A stretch of 64,000 nucleotides of DNA from Nitratireductor sp. XY-223 (GTDB lineage: Bacteria > Pseudomonadota > Alphaproteobacteria > Rhizobiales > Rhizobiaceae): contig NZ_SPNT01000009.1 in assembly GCF_004959855.1 (NCBI RefSeq), positions 54,739 to 118,738 on the forward strand, in the 5' to 3' direction. How positions within the stretch are numbered: position 1 is the stretch's first letter; each line of letters starts with the position of its first letter. The position numbers and the translations under genes were made by a program. Positions 8,792 to 20,040 of this stretch are shown here, in pieces. The notes under the pieces are model-generated. The model was not told the DNA's origin. It saw nothing but the letters and a program-made list of their open reading frames with translations, and searched no databases.

Positions 8792-9094
8792 TCAGGCAGG
8801 AATGTCGCGATCGAGCGGCTCAAGCGATCCAACGCGTCCGCCCGGCAGTTCCATCGTTGCGCATGTGCCGTTTTCAACCAGCTTCCAGGCATTGCCCTGA
8901 TAGTCGACGGTCGATGTGCCGGCGCAGGTGGTTCCGGGACCGGCCGCGCAGTCGTTCTGACCGGCCAGCGAGACGCCGTAGCATTTTTCCTTGGCGGAAG
9001 CGGCGGTCGTCGATGCAACAAGGGTCGCGCCCGAAAGGGCCATGGCGACGGCACCGGCAACAGCGGAAGCGCCAACAAGTGTTTTCTTGGACAT
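8792..9094 (-). CDS. DUF2282 family precursor peptide (bufferin-like, BufA-type): Sec signal peptide plus Cys-rich core
   Basis: ATG at 9094 preceded by AAGGAGA; [34 protein letters not shown] signal; core [26 protein letters not shown]...GTCATMEL with 4 Cys and the CYGV / NDCA motifs typical of DUF2282. Confidence 0.75.
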   Translation of the reverse strand: MSKKTLVGASAVAGAVAMALSGATLVASTTAASAKEKCYGVSLAGQNDCAAGPGTTCAGTSTVDYQGNAWKLVENGTCATMELPGGRVGSLEPLDRDIPA

Positions 9095-9355
9095 GGGATT
9101 CTCCTTGGGAGTTCGGAATTTAGGTGGTGACACTTTTCGTTCCCCGGTTGTCGCCGGGACGAGCGGAGTTTCTGAAAATCGCGGATAAATTGGAAATCAA
9201 CAGCGTGTTATCTCCTGTCGTTGTCGCGTGACATTCCCGTTACGGAATGCGGCCTCAAACTCAACGCGGAGCGTTTTCAGTCAATTACGTGCGGAACAAC
9301 CGGGATCCGAACCGCTTTTTTCCCGGTCGGCAACCACGCGTTACAGGTTACTGTC

Positions 9356-10411
9356 TCAGGTCTCCTGCAGCAAGGCGGCGAAATCGCGGACATGTTCCGG
9401 CGTTGTCGCGAATCCGGTCACGAGCCGCGTGATGATTTCGTTATCGCCCACAAGTTCCGCGGCAAAGCGCGGCGTCTTCCACTCATAAAACTGCGCGCCC
9501 TTCTCGATCATCGCCGCAAAGCGGTCGCGGTCCAGGATGGCGAACACCTCGTTGGCCTGGCTCCGCCATGCGAGTCGGGTATTATCGGCAGCCTCGATGA
9601 CCGACTGGAGTTCGGCGGCCATGGCATTGGCATGGGCGGCCGTCTCGATCCACAGGTCGTCCTCGAAATAGGCCTCGAGCTGCGCCGAGATGAACCGGCT
9701 TTTGGAAAAAAGATGCGCCGAGCGCTTGCGCAGGAACGGAAGATCCGCGGCTTTTTGAGGATCAAAGACAACGAGAACCTCGGCGCACCAGCATCCGTTC
9801 TTGGTCGCGCCGAAGGACAGGATATCGACGCCGCGGCGCCAGGTCATTTCAGCGGGGCTCTGCCCCAGCGCCGTCATGGCGTTGGCGAAGCGGGCGCCGT
9901 CCATGTGCAGCGGCAGGCCGTGGCGCCGGCAGGTTTCCACGACCGCCTCGATCTCCGCGGCCTCGTAGACCGTGCCGATCTCCGTCGACTGCGAGATGCT
10001 GGCGGCCATCGGCTGGCCGGCGTGCACGAACTCCGGGGGAAAGCGGCGGATGGCGGCGTCGAGATCCTGCGGGTCGATCTTGCCCAGCTTCCCGTCGACC
10101 GGCTCGAGGCGGATGCCGCCTCCCAGGAATTGCGGCGCGCCGCCCTCGTCCTCGATCAGATGCGCCTCGCGGTGGCAGAAGGCGACGCCGCCCGGCCTGC
10201 CGAGCGCCGCCATGGCGAGGGAATTCGCCGCCGTACCGGTTCCGACAAAGAAGACCGCCACCTCGCGCTCGAATATGTCGTTGAACTTCGCCTCGACCTT
10301 GCGGTCCAGATCGCTGAGACCGTAGGCGGCGGCAAACCCGGAGGCGTGGCGGGTGAGCGCCTCGGCGATGCGCGGGTGGGCACCGGCCCAGTTGTCTGAG
10401 GAAAACTGCAT
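9356..10411 (-). CDS. ltaE: Low-specificity L-threonine aldolase (PLP beta-eliminating lyase family)
   Basis: Threonine aldolase-like N-terminus MQFSSDNWAGAHP and a PLP-lysine region (SFGATKNG). An earlier in-frame start at 10453 is possible. Confidence 0.7.
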   Translation of the reverse strand: MQFSSDNWAGAHPRIAEALTRHASGFAAAYGLSDLDRKVEAKFNDIFEREVAVFFVGTGTAANSLAMAALGRPGGVAFCHREAHLIEDEGGAPQFLGGGIRLEPVDGKLGKIDPQDLDAAIRRFPPEFVHAGQPMAASISQSTEIGTVYEAAEIEAVVETCRRHGLPLHMDGARFANAMTALGQSPAEMTWRRGVDILSFGATKNGCWCAEVLVVFDPQKAADLPFLRKRSAHLFSKSRFISAQLEAYFEDDLWIETAAHANAMAAELQSVIEAADNTRLAWRSQANEVFAILDRDRFAAMIEKGAQFYEWKTPRFAAELVGDNEIITRLVTGFATTPEHVRDFAALLQET

Positions 10412-10646
10412 GATGGTCCTTTGCCACTTGCCGTCGGTTGATTTTCGGCGCATTCATGCCATGGAACGCGCGGCATGCAAAGCCGCTGCTGTCGCGGTTT
10501 CGGACACATTGAATACGGATCCGTCACCGGCGTGAAATATTATGTCGCCGACAACCGGTGCGGGGCAATTTGCTGGCGCGGCGGCTGACAAAAATGACCC
10601 CGCCATCTTGCTCCCGATGCCTGTTTCTGGCATACAGGGTTAAAAA

Positions 10647-10667
10647 TAGGACAGTATAGCTGTCCTA
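10647..10667. promoter_or_regulatory. Palindrome TAGGACAG-tatag-CTGTCCTA upstream of gltB (candidate operator)
   Basis: Perfect 8-bp inverted repeat with an AT-rich 5-nt spacer, about 330 bp upstream of the gltB start. Confidence 0.3.
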
Positions 10668-10991
10668 ATTGGGTGTTCGGAGCGGGTTTTCAGCTCCGAT
10701 ATCCGCACCGGCCGCACCTGCGGCCGCAATGGGATAGGCGCCCGGTCCGGGCCTGCATGTCCCCAATATCGTGTGGGCCAACCGACGGAATTTCCTGACG
10801 AAATCCTGTCCGGCCAGCGCGAACGGCGTTCTGGAGCCGGACCGTTTTGGGCCGAAGAATGCCGAAAATCGGCTAATCGCTTGAATTTGCCGCGTGATAA
10901 AACTGTACCGGATTGGATATAACCGGCACGGATGATCAGGTCGCCCCAAGAAACCGCCGGGTTTCAGAAGGCCATGACAGGAGGAACACGG

Positions 10992-13900
10992 ATGACGGAA
11001 AAGACGCCATCACAGGCAGCCGCTGCGCAGAACGCAACGCCGGCTCTGACGGTGAAACGCGACCGTATGTCCGGCCTTCCGGAAAAGCAGGGGCTTTACG
11101 ATCCGCGCAACGAGCATGACGCCTGCGGCGTCGGCTTCGTTGCCCATATGCGCGGCGAGCGTTCCCACCAGATCATCGAGGATGGTCTGTTCATGCTGGA
11201 AAACCTCACCCATCGCGGCGCCGTGGGCGCCGATCCGCTGATGGGCGACGGCGCCGGCATGCTGGTTCAGATTCCGCACGACCTGTTTATCGAGGAAATG
11301 GCGCAGCAGGGCGTGTCACTGCCGGACCCCGGCCACTATGCCGTCGGCTATCTGTTCATGCCCCATGACACGGAGCTGCGCGCGCATATCGAGGAGATCA
11401 TCGAGGAGGTTGTGGCGGCCGAGGGCCAGGAACTGCTCGGCTACCGCGACGTTCCGGTCGACAATTCGTCGCTATCCAAAGCACCCGACATCGTCGCCAC
11501 CGAACCCTATCACCGGCAGGTGTTCATCGGCCGTGGCAGCGGCATCGAAAACGACGACGATTTCGAGCGCCGCATGTTCATCCTGCGCAAGGTGATTTCT
11601 AACCGCATCTTCGAGGAGACGGACGGTCGCGACAACGGCTTTTACATCGTCTCGCTGTCCAGCAGGACCATCGTCTACAAGGGCATGTTCCTGGCCTATC
11701 AGGTGGGCGCCTATTACAAGGACCTCAAGGACGAGCGGTTCCGCTCTGCCGTAGCGCTCGTCCACCAGCGCTTTTCCACCAATACGTTCCCGTCCTGGAA
11801 GCTGGCGCATCCCTACCGCATGGTCGCGCATAACGGCGAGATCAACACGCTGCGCGGCAACGTCAACTGGATGGCTGCGCGGCAGGCGTCGGTCTCATCG
11901 CCGCTCTTCGGCGACGATATCAACAAGCTGTGGCCCATTTCCTACGAGGGCCAGTCGGACACGGCCTGTTTCGACAATGCGCTCGAATTCTTGGTGCAGG
12001 GCGGCTATTCGCTGCCGCACGCGGTGATGATGCTGATCCCGGAGGCCTGGGCCGGCAACAAGCTGATGCACGATGACCGCAAGGCGTTCTACGAGTACCA
12101 CGCGGCGCTCATGGAGCCGTGGGACGGCCCCGCCGCGGTGGCCTTTACCGACGGACGGCAGATCGGCGCGACTCTCGACCGCAACGGTCTGCGCCCGGCC
12201 CGCTACATCGTGACCGACGATGACCGCATCATCATGGCCTCCGAGGCCGGCGTGCTGCCGGTCGCGGAAGAAAAGATCGTGCGCAAATGGCGCCTGCAGC
12301 CCGGCAAGATGCTGCTCATCGACATGGAAAAGGGCACGATCATCTCGGACGCCCAGATCAAGGTCGAGCTGGCGAATGCGCATCCCTATGGCGAGTGGCT
12401 CGACCGGACCCAGATCGTGCTCGAGGACATGCCCGTCTCCGGACACTCGACGAGCCGTTCGAGCGCGTCGCTGCTCGATCAGCAGCAGGCCTTCGGCTAC
12501 AGCCAGGAGGACCTGAAGATCCTGATGGCGCCGATGGCGACCACGGGCCAGGAGGCGCTGGGCTCGATGGGCACCGACACGCCGATTTCGGCGATGTCGG
12601 ACAAGTCGAAGCTGCTCTATACCTATTTCAAGCAGAATTTCGCGCAGGTCACCAATCCGCCGATCGACCCGATCCGTGAGGAATCGGTGATGAGCCTCGT
12701 CTCGTTCATCGGACCGAGGCCGAACATCTTCGACATCGAGGGGCTGGCCGAGCAGCGCCGATTGGAGGTGCGGCAACCGATTCTGACAAACGAGGACCTG
12801 GAGAAGATCCGCGCCATCGGCGACATTTCGGACAACCAGTTCCAGACCAAGACGCTTGATATCACCTACCGCGAGAACCGCGGCGCCGACCATCTGGAGG
12901 AAGTGCTGCGGCAGGTGTGCTCGCGCGCCGAGCGCGCCGTCATCGACGGCTACAACATCATTATCCTGTCCGACCGGCACATCTCGGCCGAGCGCATCGC
13001 CATTCCGGCGCTTCTGGCGACGGCGGCCGTGCATCATCACCTCATCCGCAAGGGCCTGCGCACGTCCGTCGGGCTGGTTGTCGAATCGGGCGAGCCGCGC
13101 GAAGTGCACCATTTTGCGGTGCTTGCCGGCTACGGCGCCGAGGCGATCAACCCCTATCTCGCCTTCGATACGCTTGCCGACATGCACAAGAACGGTGAGT
13201 TTCCGGCGGCGGTCGATCCCTATGAGGTGGTGCACCGCTATATCAAGGCGATCGACAAGGGCCTCCTCAAGGTGATGTCCAAGATGGGCATTTCCACCTA
13301 CCAGTCCTATTGCGGCGCGCAGATCTTCGATGCCGTCGGTCTGTCGACGGAATTCGTGAACAAGTACTTCTTCGGTACGGCGACGACCATCGAGGGCATT
13401 GGCCTCGATGAGATCGCCATCGAGACGCATGCGCGCCACGCCCGCGCTTTCGGAAGCGACCCCGTCCTGCGCACGGCGCTCGACGTGGGCGGCGAATATC
13501 TCTACCGCATGCGCGGCGAGAACCATGTGTGGTCGCCCGATACCGTCGCGCTGCTCCAGCATGCGGTGCGCGGCAACGCGCAGGACCAGTACCGCGAGTT
13601 CGCCCGGATGGTGAACGACCATGCCGAGGGTCTCAACACGATCCGCGGGCTGTTCAAGATCGTCGATGCGACCGAGGACGGGCGCGAGGCGGTGCCGCTC
13701 GACGAGGTCGAGCCGGCGGCGGAGATCGTGCGGCGGTTCTCGACCGGCGCCATGTCCTTCGGCTCGATCAGCCGCGAGGCGCACACGACCCTGGCGATCG
13801 CCATGAACCGCATCGGCGGCAAGTCCAACACGGGCGAGGGCGGCGAGGAGCCGGACCGCTACGCACCGCTGCTCGACGGTTCGATGAACCCGGAACGTTC

Positions 13901-15713
13901 GGCGATCAAGCAGGTCGCGTCCGGCCGGTTCGGCGTGACGACCGAATACCTGGTCAACTCAGACATGATCCAGATCAAGGTGGCGCAGGGTGCCAAGCCC
14001 GGCGAGGGCGGACAGTTGCCCGGTCACAAGGTCGACGCAACGATCGCCAAGACGCGCCACTCGACGCCCGGCGTCGGCCTGATATCGCCGCCGCCGCATC
14101 ACGATATCTATTCGATCGAGGACCTGGCGCAGCTGATCTACGACCTGAAGAACGTCAACAGCGAAGCCGGTATCTCCGTCAAGCTCGTCTCCGAGGTCGG
14201 TGTGGGCACCGTCGCGGCCGGCGTCGCCAAGGCGCGCGCGGACCACATCACGATCGCCGGCTATGACGGCGGCACGGGCGCTTCGCCCCTTACCTCGCTC
14301 AAACATGCCGGATCTCCCTGGGAAATGGGGCTTGCCGAAACCCACCAGACGCTGGTGCTCAACGGCCTGCGCTCGCGCGTTCCGCTGCAGGTCGACGGCG
14401 GCCTTCGCACCGGGCGCGACGTGATCATCGGTGCGCTGCTGGGCGCTGACGAGTTCGGTTTCTCGACCGCGCCGCTGATTGCGGCCGGCTGCCTGATGAT
14501 GCGCAAATGCCATCTCAACACATGCCCTGTCGGCATCGCCACGCAGGACCCGGTGCTTCGCCAGCGGTTCAAGGGCACACCCGAGCACGTGATCAACTAC
14601 TTCTTCTTCGTCGCCGAGGAGGTGCGCGAATATCTGGCGAAGATGGGCTTCCGAACGCTGAACGACATCATCGGCCAGTCCGATCTTCTGGAGAAGGACA
14701 CGATGATCGACCACTGGAAGGCCAAGGGGCTGGACTTCACGAATATCTTCCACAAGCCCGAAGCCGCCAAGGAGGACACCTACTGGACCCAGCGGCAGGA
14801 CCATCCGATCGAGGACATTCTCGACCGCAAGCTGATCGCCGAGGCCGCGCCGGCCCTGGAGGACAAGACACCGGTTTCGATCAAGACCGAGATCCGCAAT
14901 GTCGACCGGTCGACGGGCGCGATGCTGTCGGGCGAGGTCGCCAGGCGCCACGGCCACAAGGGACTGGCGGACGACACCATCGCGGTCAAGCTGTTTGGTA
15001 CGGCCGGACAGTCCTTCGGCGCGTTCCTGTCGCGCGGCATCACCTTCGATCTCGTCGGCGACGGCAACGACTATGTCGGCAAGGGCTTGTGCGGCGGCCG
15101 TATCATCGTCCGCCCGCCCTCGGAGAGTAAAATCGTGCCGGAGGAATCGATCATTGTCGGCAACACGGTTCTTTACGGTGCGGTCGAGGGCGAGTGCTAT
15201 TTCCGCGGCGTTGCCGGCGAGCGGTTCGCCGTGCGCAATTCCGGCGCGATCGCCGTCGTCGAGGGCGTCGGCGATCACGGCTGCGAATACATGACCGGCG
15301 GCATCGTTGTCGTCATCGGCGAGACCGGTCGCAATTTCGCCGCCGGCATGTCCGGAGGCGTCGCCTACGTGCTCGACGAGGCCGGCGATTTCGCGCGGCG
15401 CTGCAATATGGCCATGGTCGAACTGGAACCGGTTCCTGAAGAGGACGATATCCTCGAGGAACTGCATCATCACGGCGGTGACCTCGACCACAAGGGCCGG
15501 GTCGACGTTTCCGAAGACATGACCCGCCACGATGAGGAGCGGCTCTTTCAGTTGATCTCCAACCACGTGCATTACACGGGTTCGGAGCGCGGCCGCGATA
15601 TCCTTGAGAAATGGGCAGAGTTCCGCCCGAAGTTCCGCAAGGTCATGCCGGTCGAATACCGCCGTGCGCTCGAGGAAATGGAACGTATGCGCATGGGCGT
15701 CGCGGCCGAGTAG
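10992..15713 (+). CDS. gltB: Glutamate synthase (NADPH) large subunit
   Basis: ~1573 aa with the N-terminal amidotransferase Cys (DACGVGF), FMN-binding and GXGXG domains; start chosen at the ATG preceded by CAGGAGG (10992). The ORF is open from 10932. Confidence 0.92.
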   Translation: MTEKTPSQAAAAQNATPALTVKRDRMSGLPEKQGLYDPRNEHDACGVGFVAHMRGERSHQIIEDGLFMLENLTHRGAVGADPLMGDGAGMLVQIPHDLFIEEMAQQGVSLPDPGHYAVGYLFMPHDTELRAHIEEIIEEVVAAEGQELLGYRDVPVDNSSLSKAPDIVATEPYHRQVFIGRGSGIENDDDFERRMFILRKVISNRIFEETDGRDNGFYIVSLSSRTIVYKGMFLAYQVGAYYKDLKDERFRSAVALVHQRFSTNTFPSWKLAHPYRMVAHNGEINTLRGNVNWMAARQASVSSPLFGDDINKLWPISYEGQSDTACFDNALEFLVQGGYSLPHAVMMLIPEAWAGNKLMHDDRKAFYEYHAALMEPWDGPAAVAFTDGRQIGATLDRNGLRPARYIVTDDDRIIMASEAGVLPVAEEKIVRKWRLQPGKMLLIDMEKGTIISDAQIKVELANAHPYGEWLDRTQIVLEDMPVSGHSTSRSSASLLDQQQAFGYSQEDLKILMAPMATTGQEALGSMGTDTPISAMSDKSKLLYTYFKQNFAQVTNPPIDPIREESVMSLVSFIGPRPNIFDIEGLAEQRRLEVRQPILTNEDLEKIRAIGDISDNQFQTKTLDITYRENRGADHLEEVLRQVCSRAERAVIDGYNIIILSDRHISAERIAIPALLATAAVHHHLIRKGLRTSVGLVVESGEPREVHHFAVLAGYGAEAINPYLAFDTLADMHKNGEFPAAVDPYEVVHRYIKAIDKGLLKVMSKMGISTYQSYCGAQIFDAVGLSTEFVNKYFFGTATTIEGIGLDEIAIETHARHARAFGSDPVLRTALDVGGEYLYRMRGENHVWSPDTVALLQHAVRGNAQDQYREFARMVNDHAEGLNTIRGLFKIVDATEDGREAVPLDEVEPAAEIVRRFSTGAMSFGSISREAHTTLAIAMNRIGGKSNTGEGGEEPDRYAPLLDGSMNPERSAIKQVASGRFGVTTEYLVNSDMIQIKVAQGAKPGEGGQLPGHKVDATIAKTRHSTPGVGLISPPPHHDIYSIEDLAQLIYDLKNVNSEAGISVKLVSEVGVGTVAAGVAKARADHITIAGYDGGTGASPLTSLKHAGSPWEMGLAETHQTLVLNGLRSRVPLQVDGGLRTGRDVIIGALLGADEFGFSTAPLIAAGCLMMRKCHLNTCPVGIATQDPVLRQRFKGTPEHVINYFFFVAEEVREYLAKMGFRTLNDIIGQSDLLEKDTMIDHWKAKGLDFTNIFHKPEAAKEDTYWTQRQDHPIEDILDRKLIAEAAPALEDKTPVSIKTEIRNVDRSTGAMLSGEVARRHGHKGLADDTIAVKLFGTAGQSFGAFLSRGITFDLVGDGNDYVGKGLCGGRIIVRPPSESKIVPEESIIVGNTVLYGAVEGECYFRGVAGERFAVRNSGAIAVVEGVGDHGCEYMTGGIVVVIGETGRNFAAGMSGGVAYVLDEAGDFARRCNMAMVELEPVPEEDDILEELHHHGGDLDHKGRVDVSEDMTRHDEERLFQLISNHVHYTGSERGRDILEKWAEFRPKFRKVMPVEYRRALEEMERMRMGVAAE

Positions 15714-15874
15714 CCAATTGAAATCGACGTTGGGCATGTGCAAGGCGCAATGCCCGGAAACGAGAGGGAGACGACGGACCGTAGCCGCGCCACGGCAGCC
15801 AGATGCGGGTTTGAGACCCGGGTTGCGCCAGGCCAGGGCCGGTCCGCCGGACGGTGAGAGGAACAGGAGCGGAA

Positions 15875-17329
15875 ATGGGTAAGGTTACGGGATTTCTGGA
15901 GATCGACCGGCAGGTCGCCAAATACCAGCCCGCGTCCGACCGGGTGCGGCATTTCAAGGAATTCACCATCCCGATGTCCGATTCGGAGGTCGTCAAACAG
16001 GCTGCCCGCTGCATGGATTGCGGCATCCCGTTTTGTCACGGCCCGACCGGCTGCCCGATCCACAACCAGATCCCCGACTGGAACGACCTGGTCTTCAATG
16101 ACAATTGGGAAGAGGCGATCCGCAACCTCCACTCGACCAACAATTTCCCGGAGTTCACGGGCCGGATCTGCCCGGCGCCCTGCGAGGAGGCGTGCACGCT
16201 CAACCTCGAGGACATTCCCGTCGCCATCAAGACGGTCGAGCAGGCCCTCGCCGACAAGGCCTACGAAATGGGCTACGTCGTCCCGCAGCCGCCCGATCAG
16301 AAGACCGGCAAATCAGTCGGCGTCATCGGGTCGGGACCGGCCGGCATGGCGGCGGCCCAGCAGTTGGCCCGCGTCGGGCACGACGTCCATGTTTATGAGC
16401 GCGAGAGCAGCGCCGGCGGGCTGATGCGCTATGGCATACCGGACTTCAAGATGGAAAAGCATTTCATCGACCGGCGCGTCGAGCAGATGGAGGGCGAGGG
16501 CGTGACCTTCCACTACGACGTGCATGTCGGCGTCGACAAGACGGTGGACGAACTGCGCGAAGCCCACGATGCAGTCATCTATTGCGGCGGTTCCGAAAAG
16601 CCGCGCGACGCCGGTATTCCGGGCGTCGAACTTGTCGGCGTGCATGACGCGATGCCCTATCTCGTGCAGCAGAACAAGCGTGTCGCCGGCGAGGCCGTCG
16701 ATTCCGTCGGCTGGCCGTCGGAGCCGATTCTCGCGGGCGGCAAGCATGTGGTCGTCGTCGGCGGCGGCGATACCGCCTCCGACTGCATCGGCACGGCCTT
16801 CCGCCAGGGCGCCGTGAAGGTCACGCAGCTCGATATCCGGCCGCAGCCGCCGGCGCGCGAGGACAAGATGGCGGTCTGGCCCTACTGGGCGACGAAGATG
16901 CGCACCTCCTCGTCGCAAGCCGAGGGCGCGGTGCGGGAGTTCCAGGTGGGCACCCTCGAATTCGTCGGCGAGAATGGCGTCCTGGCGGGTGTCAAATGCT
17001 GCCAGGTCGACGAGAAGCGGCAGCCGATCGCCGGAACCGAGTTCATCATCAAGGCGGATCTCGCCTTTATCGCCATCGGATTTCGCGGGCCGTTCGAGAA
17101 CGGCGTGCTCAAGGACCTGGGTGACCGGCTCGAAATCGATGTCGACCGGCGCAACTCGACCAATGTGCGTGCCAATGAAGAGGACTACAGGACCTCGGTC
17201 GACGGCCTGTGGGCCGCGGGCGACGTGCGCCGCGGCCAATCGCTGGTGGTCTGGGCGATCCGCGAGGGCCGGCAGGCCGCGCGGGATGTCGACCTGGAAC
17301 TGATGGGATCAACCACGCTGCCGAGTTAG
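15875..17329 (+). CDS. gltD: Glutamate synthase small subunit (NADPH-dependent)
   Basis: 4Fe-4S Cys cluster region and two dinucleotide-binding motifs ([27 protein letters not shown]); directly downstream of gltB; AGGAGCGG precedes the ATG. Confidence 0.9.
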   Translation: MGKVTGFLEIDRQVAKYQPASDRVRHFKEFTIPMSDSEVVKQAARCMDCGIPFCHGPTGCPIHNQIPDWNDLVFNDNWEEAIRNLHSTNNFPEFTGRICPAPCEEACTLNLEDIPVAIKTVEQALADKAYEMGYVVPQPPDQKTGKSVGVIGSGPAGMAAAQQLARVGHDVHVYERESSAGGLMRYGIPDFKMEKHFIDRRVEQMEGEGVTFHYDVHVGVDKTVDELREAHDAVIYCGGSEKPRDAGIPGVELVGVHDAMPYLVQQNKRVAGEAVDSVGWPSEPILAGGKHVVVVGGGDTASDCIGTAFRQGAVKVTQLDIRPQPPAREDKMAVWPYWATKMRTSSSQAEGAVREFQVGTLEFVGENGVLAGVKCCQVDEKRQPIAGTEFIIKADLAFIAIGFRGPFENGVLKDLGDRLEIDVDRRNSTNVRANEEDYRTSVDGLWAAGDVRRGQSLVVWAIREGRQAARDVDLELMGSTTLPS

Positions 17330-17352
17330 GTGACGAGGGCCAGACGCGGGTG

Positions 17353-18561
17353 TTAACCCTGCGGCGCCTTGTCGGATGTGCCCTCCAGCAGCGTCTTGTC
17401 CTGCTTGCGCGGCCAGACGAAATAATCGGCCCGGCCGGGGGGCGGTGCACTCACCTTGCCGTCGAAAACCAGGTCGTCGCGCGGCGTGCGGGTCAGCGAC
17501 GTGCGCGGTTCGGTGGCGCCGAGAAGCCGATCGGAACCGTCGAGGCCCGGATCAACCATGCTGATGGGGCTGGTGCGGACGATCGCCGATCCCGTGTCGG
17601 GATGCAGGACGAGGAGCTCCGGCAGGTTTTCGTCGGTCAGTTTCGCCACGCCCTCATTGGCATCGTCACCGAGCAGGCGGCGGACGGATTTCTCGACATA
17701 AAACGCCAGCTTGCGGCGGCCGGCCTTGGTCATGCGGATCCCGTCGGATGTCCGCAGCCGGACCTGCTGGCCGATTATGTCGGAGCCGGTGTAGACGAAC
17801 TTGCCGTCGGCATCGACGAAACCGTCCCAGATGTCGATATAGGTGCCGTTGATGTCTTCGACGACGGTCTTGTAGATGTTGTTGAAGGCAAGGATGCCGG
17901 TCGACAGCGACGTGGACTTGTAGGGCGGGGCGCCGACCCAGATCAGCGGGATGTTGCGCGCGCGCACGGCGCGGGCCATCAGGTCGACACGTTCGGTGTA
18001 CTCAGTGACCCATTCTTCGGAGCGGACCGGGATGCGCTTGCGGCCCTTCCGTATCTGCTGACGGTCGTTCGAGCCGATCATCACGATGACGACCGACGGC
18101 TGGATGTCATCCAGAAAGCCGGGCAGTTTCTTGTTCCAGTTATAGTAGTCGTCGCGCACCAGGCCGGACGAGCCGTTGGTCTTGCGCACCACGGCGACAC
18201 CGGGCGCCTGCCGGAAGGCCGTCTGCAGGCCTTCCGCCAGCGACTTGGCCATGAAATCGCCGACCACCAGGACTTTGCGCGCGTTCTCCAGCTTCTTGAC
18301 CGTCGTGACGGTTGTCGTGGATTTCTTGCGTTTCTTCGGCGAACGGCGGCTGTGGGACTTCTTGCGCTTGATGGTCGCGCGCGGCCGCTGCCGGTTGGTT
18401 TTTTCCGGCCGTATCTTGCGCGGACCGAACAGCCGGTCGATCACCGAACGGCGCTCATATTGCTGGGCATAGGCCGGCGCAGCGGACACCATCACCGAAA
18501 TCGCCATCGCGAAAGCGGCCAAAAGCGGCAGCACCATCAGGCGCCGCACATGCCGGTTCAT
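17353..18561 (-). CDS. SGNH/GDSL hydrolase family protein (DUF459-like) with Lys/Arg-rich linker
   Basis: Signal/TM N-terminus, basic low-complexity stretch, then an SGNH fold (LVVGDFMA...GSND...). ATG at 18573 is the alternative start. Confidence 0.6.
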   Translation of the reverse strand: MNRHVRRLMVLPLLAAFAMAISVMVSAAPAYAQQYERRSVIDRLFGPRKIRPEKTNRQRPRATIKRKKSHSRRSPKKRKKSTTTVTTVKKLENARKVLVVGDFMAKSLAEGLQTAFRQAPGVAVVRKTNGSSGLVRDDYYNWNKKLPGFLDDIQPSVVIVMIGSNDRQQIRKGRKRIPVRSEEWVTEYTERVDLMARAVRARNIPLIWVGAPPYKSTSLSTGILAFNNIYKTVVEDINGTYIDIWDGFVDADGKFVYTGSDIIGQQVRLRTSDGIRMTKAGRRKLAFYVEKSVRRLLGDDANEGVAKLTDENLPELLVLHPDTGSAIVRTSPISMVDPGLDGSDRLLGATEPRTSLTRTPRDDLVFDGKVSAPPPGRADYFVWPRKQDKTLLEGTSDKAPQG

Positions 18562-18585
18562 CCATGTGACCAAGCTGGTCTCCTG

Positions 18586-19836
18586 TCAACGCCTCAGCGT
18601 ATTCAGCAATTTTTGCGATGGAACACCGTCCGGCGTCAAGCCGGAACGTGACTGAAAGGCCTTGACGGCATTTTTCGATTCGTCGCCGAATCTGCCGTCG
18701 ATCTCGCCGCGGTAATAGCCCAGGGCCCGCAAATGCACCTGAATCTCGCGCCGCTCATCCATCGACAGGACACCCTTCGGCTTCGGCCAATTCTGCTGCA
18801 GGCCGCCATAACCGGCGATCCTGTCGGCCAGAAGGCCGACGGTCAGCGCGTAGGTGTCGGAATTGTTGTAGCGCTTGATCATGAAGAAATTGCGCAGCAT
18901 CAGGAATGCCGGACCGTTCGTGCCGGCCGGCATCTTGAGCACGGCCTTTTCGCCGGGACGCGGGAAGCTCTTTCCGTTGGGCCGCTTGAAGCCGAGCTTG
19001 GACCATTGCGCCAGCGTCTTCGACTTTCCCTTGTATTTGGAAGCGCCGCGCGGCGCCCTGACCTCGTAACCCCAGGTTTTTCCTTGCCTCCAGCCGTTCT
19101 TGCGCAAAAGGTTCGCGGCCGTCGCCAGCGCGTCGGGAACGGAGTTCCAGATGTCCTTGCGGCCGTCGCCGTCATGGTCGACGGCATAGGCCAGGTAGCT
19201 CGTCGGAATGAACTGCGTATGGCCCATGGCACCCGCCCAGGAGCCGGTCAGCTGGTTGGTCGTGATATTCCCGGATTGCAGGATCTTCAGCGCCGCGATC
19301 AGCTGCTGGCGGGCGAATTTGGCGCGCCGGCGGTCGGCATAGGCAAGGGTCGCCAGCGCCCGTGGCACGTAATGCAGCCGGTCGGGATAGTTGAAGACGT
19401 TGCCGTAACTCGATTCGACCGACCAGATGGCGAGGATGACCGAACGGTGCACGCCGTAACGCTTTTCAATCTGCGACAGCACGCGCGCGTACCGTTTGGC
19501 CATCTCCTGGCCGGTCTGGATCGTGGTGAAATGCACCCGCCTGTCGACGTAACTCCAGGTGTCGATCTTGAATTCCGGCTGGTAACGCGCCTTTCGAAGC
19601 ACCTCCGGATCCGGCTCGCGCACGCCCTTGAAGGCCTTCCTGTAGGTCGATTTCTTGATGCCGGACTTGGCCGCAACGGGATAGAAATCGTTGATCCACT
19701 TGCGGAAGCCGGCATCCGCCGCGGCCTGCGGCATGTGCACCAGGAGCGCGGCCGCAACGACGGTCGCCGCGATCAGGGCGGTCAGGCCGGACTTCGCGGT
19801 GCGCCTGAAAAGGGAATTTGAGGTCATCTCGAACAT
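18586..19836 (-). CDS. Lytic murein transglycosylase (MltB family) with C-terminal peptidoglycan-binding domain
   Basis: 416 aa; signal peptide; LT domain motifs (SVESSYG, GAMGHTQF); C-terminal PG_binding_1-like repeat (HLRALGYYRGEIDGRFG). Confidence 0.8.
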   Translation of the reverse strand: MFEMTSNSLFRRTAKSGLTALIAATVVAAALLVHMPQAAADAGFRKWINDFYPVAAKSGIKKSTYRKAFKGVREPDPEVLRKARYQPEFKIDTWSYVDRRVHFTTIQTGQEMAKRYARVLSQIEKRYGVHRSVILAIWSVESSYGNVFNYPDRLHYVPRALATLAYADRRRAKFARQQLIAALKILQSGNITTNQLTGSWAGAMGHTQFIPTSYLAYAVDHDGDGRKDIWNSVPDALATAANLLRKNGWRQGKTWGYEVRAPRGASKYKGKSKTLAQWSKLGFKRPNGKSFPRPGEKAVLKMPAGTNGPAFLMLRNFFMIKRYNNSDTYALTVGLLADRIAGYGGLQQNWPKPKGVLSMDERREIQVHLRALGYYRGEIDGRFGDESKNAVKAFQSRSGLTPDGVPSQKLLNTLRR

Positions 19837-20040
19837 TCGGTGACAACTTTAGCTGGGCGCCGAGGCATAAAAAAGACCACCTCGGGACGGTTTTCAACAC
19901 TGTCCGGCCAATATAGCGTTGACGCATCAATAATCTCTTAACCATAAGAAGGCGCGCGCACGACAATGCGCGTGCATGCGGCCGGAGCGGCTGGTATTGG
20001 CGTTGGGGCGGCTTCAAGGCGAGAGGAAAGGCACAAATCA

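Noticed and set aside
9221-10399. 392-aa plus-strand ORF
   Set aside because: Antisense to the well-supported threonine aldolase gene; Arg/Gly-rich junk translation
11895-15743. Long minus-strand ORFs (629 aa and 594 aa) antisense to gltB
   Set aside because: Typical spurious open frames on the antisense strand of a highly expressed high-GC gene; low-complexity Arg/Gly/Asp-rich translations with no domain features
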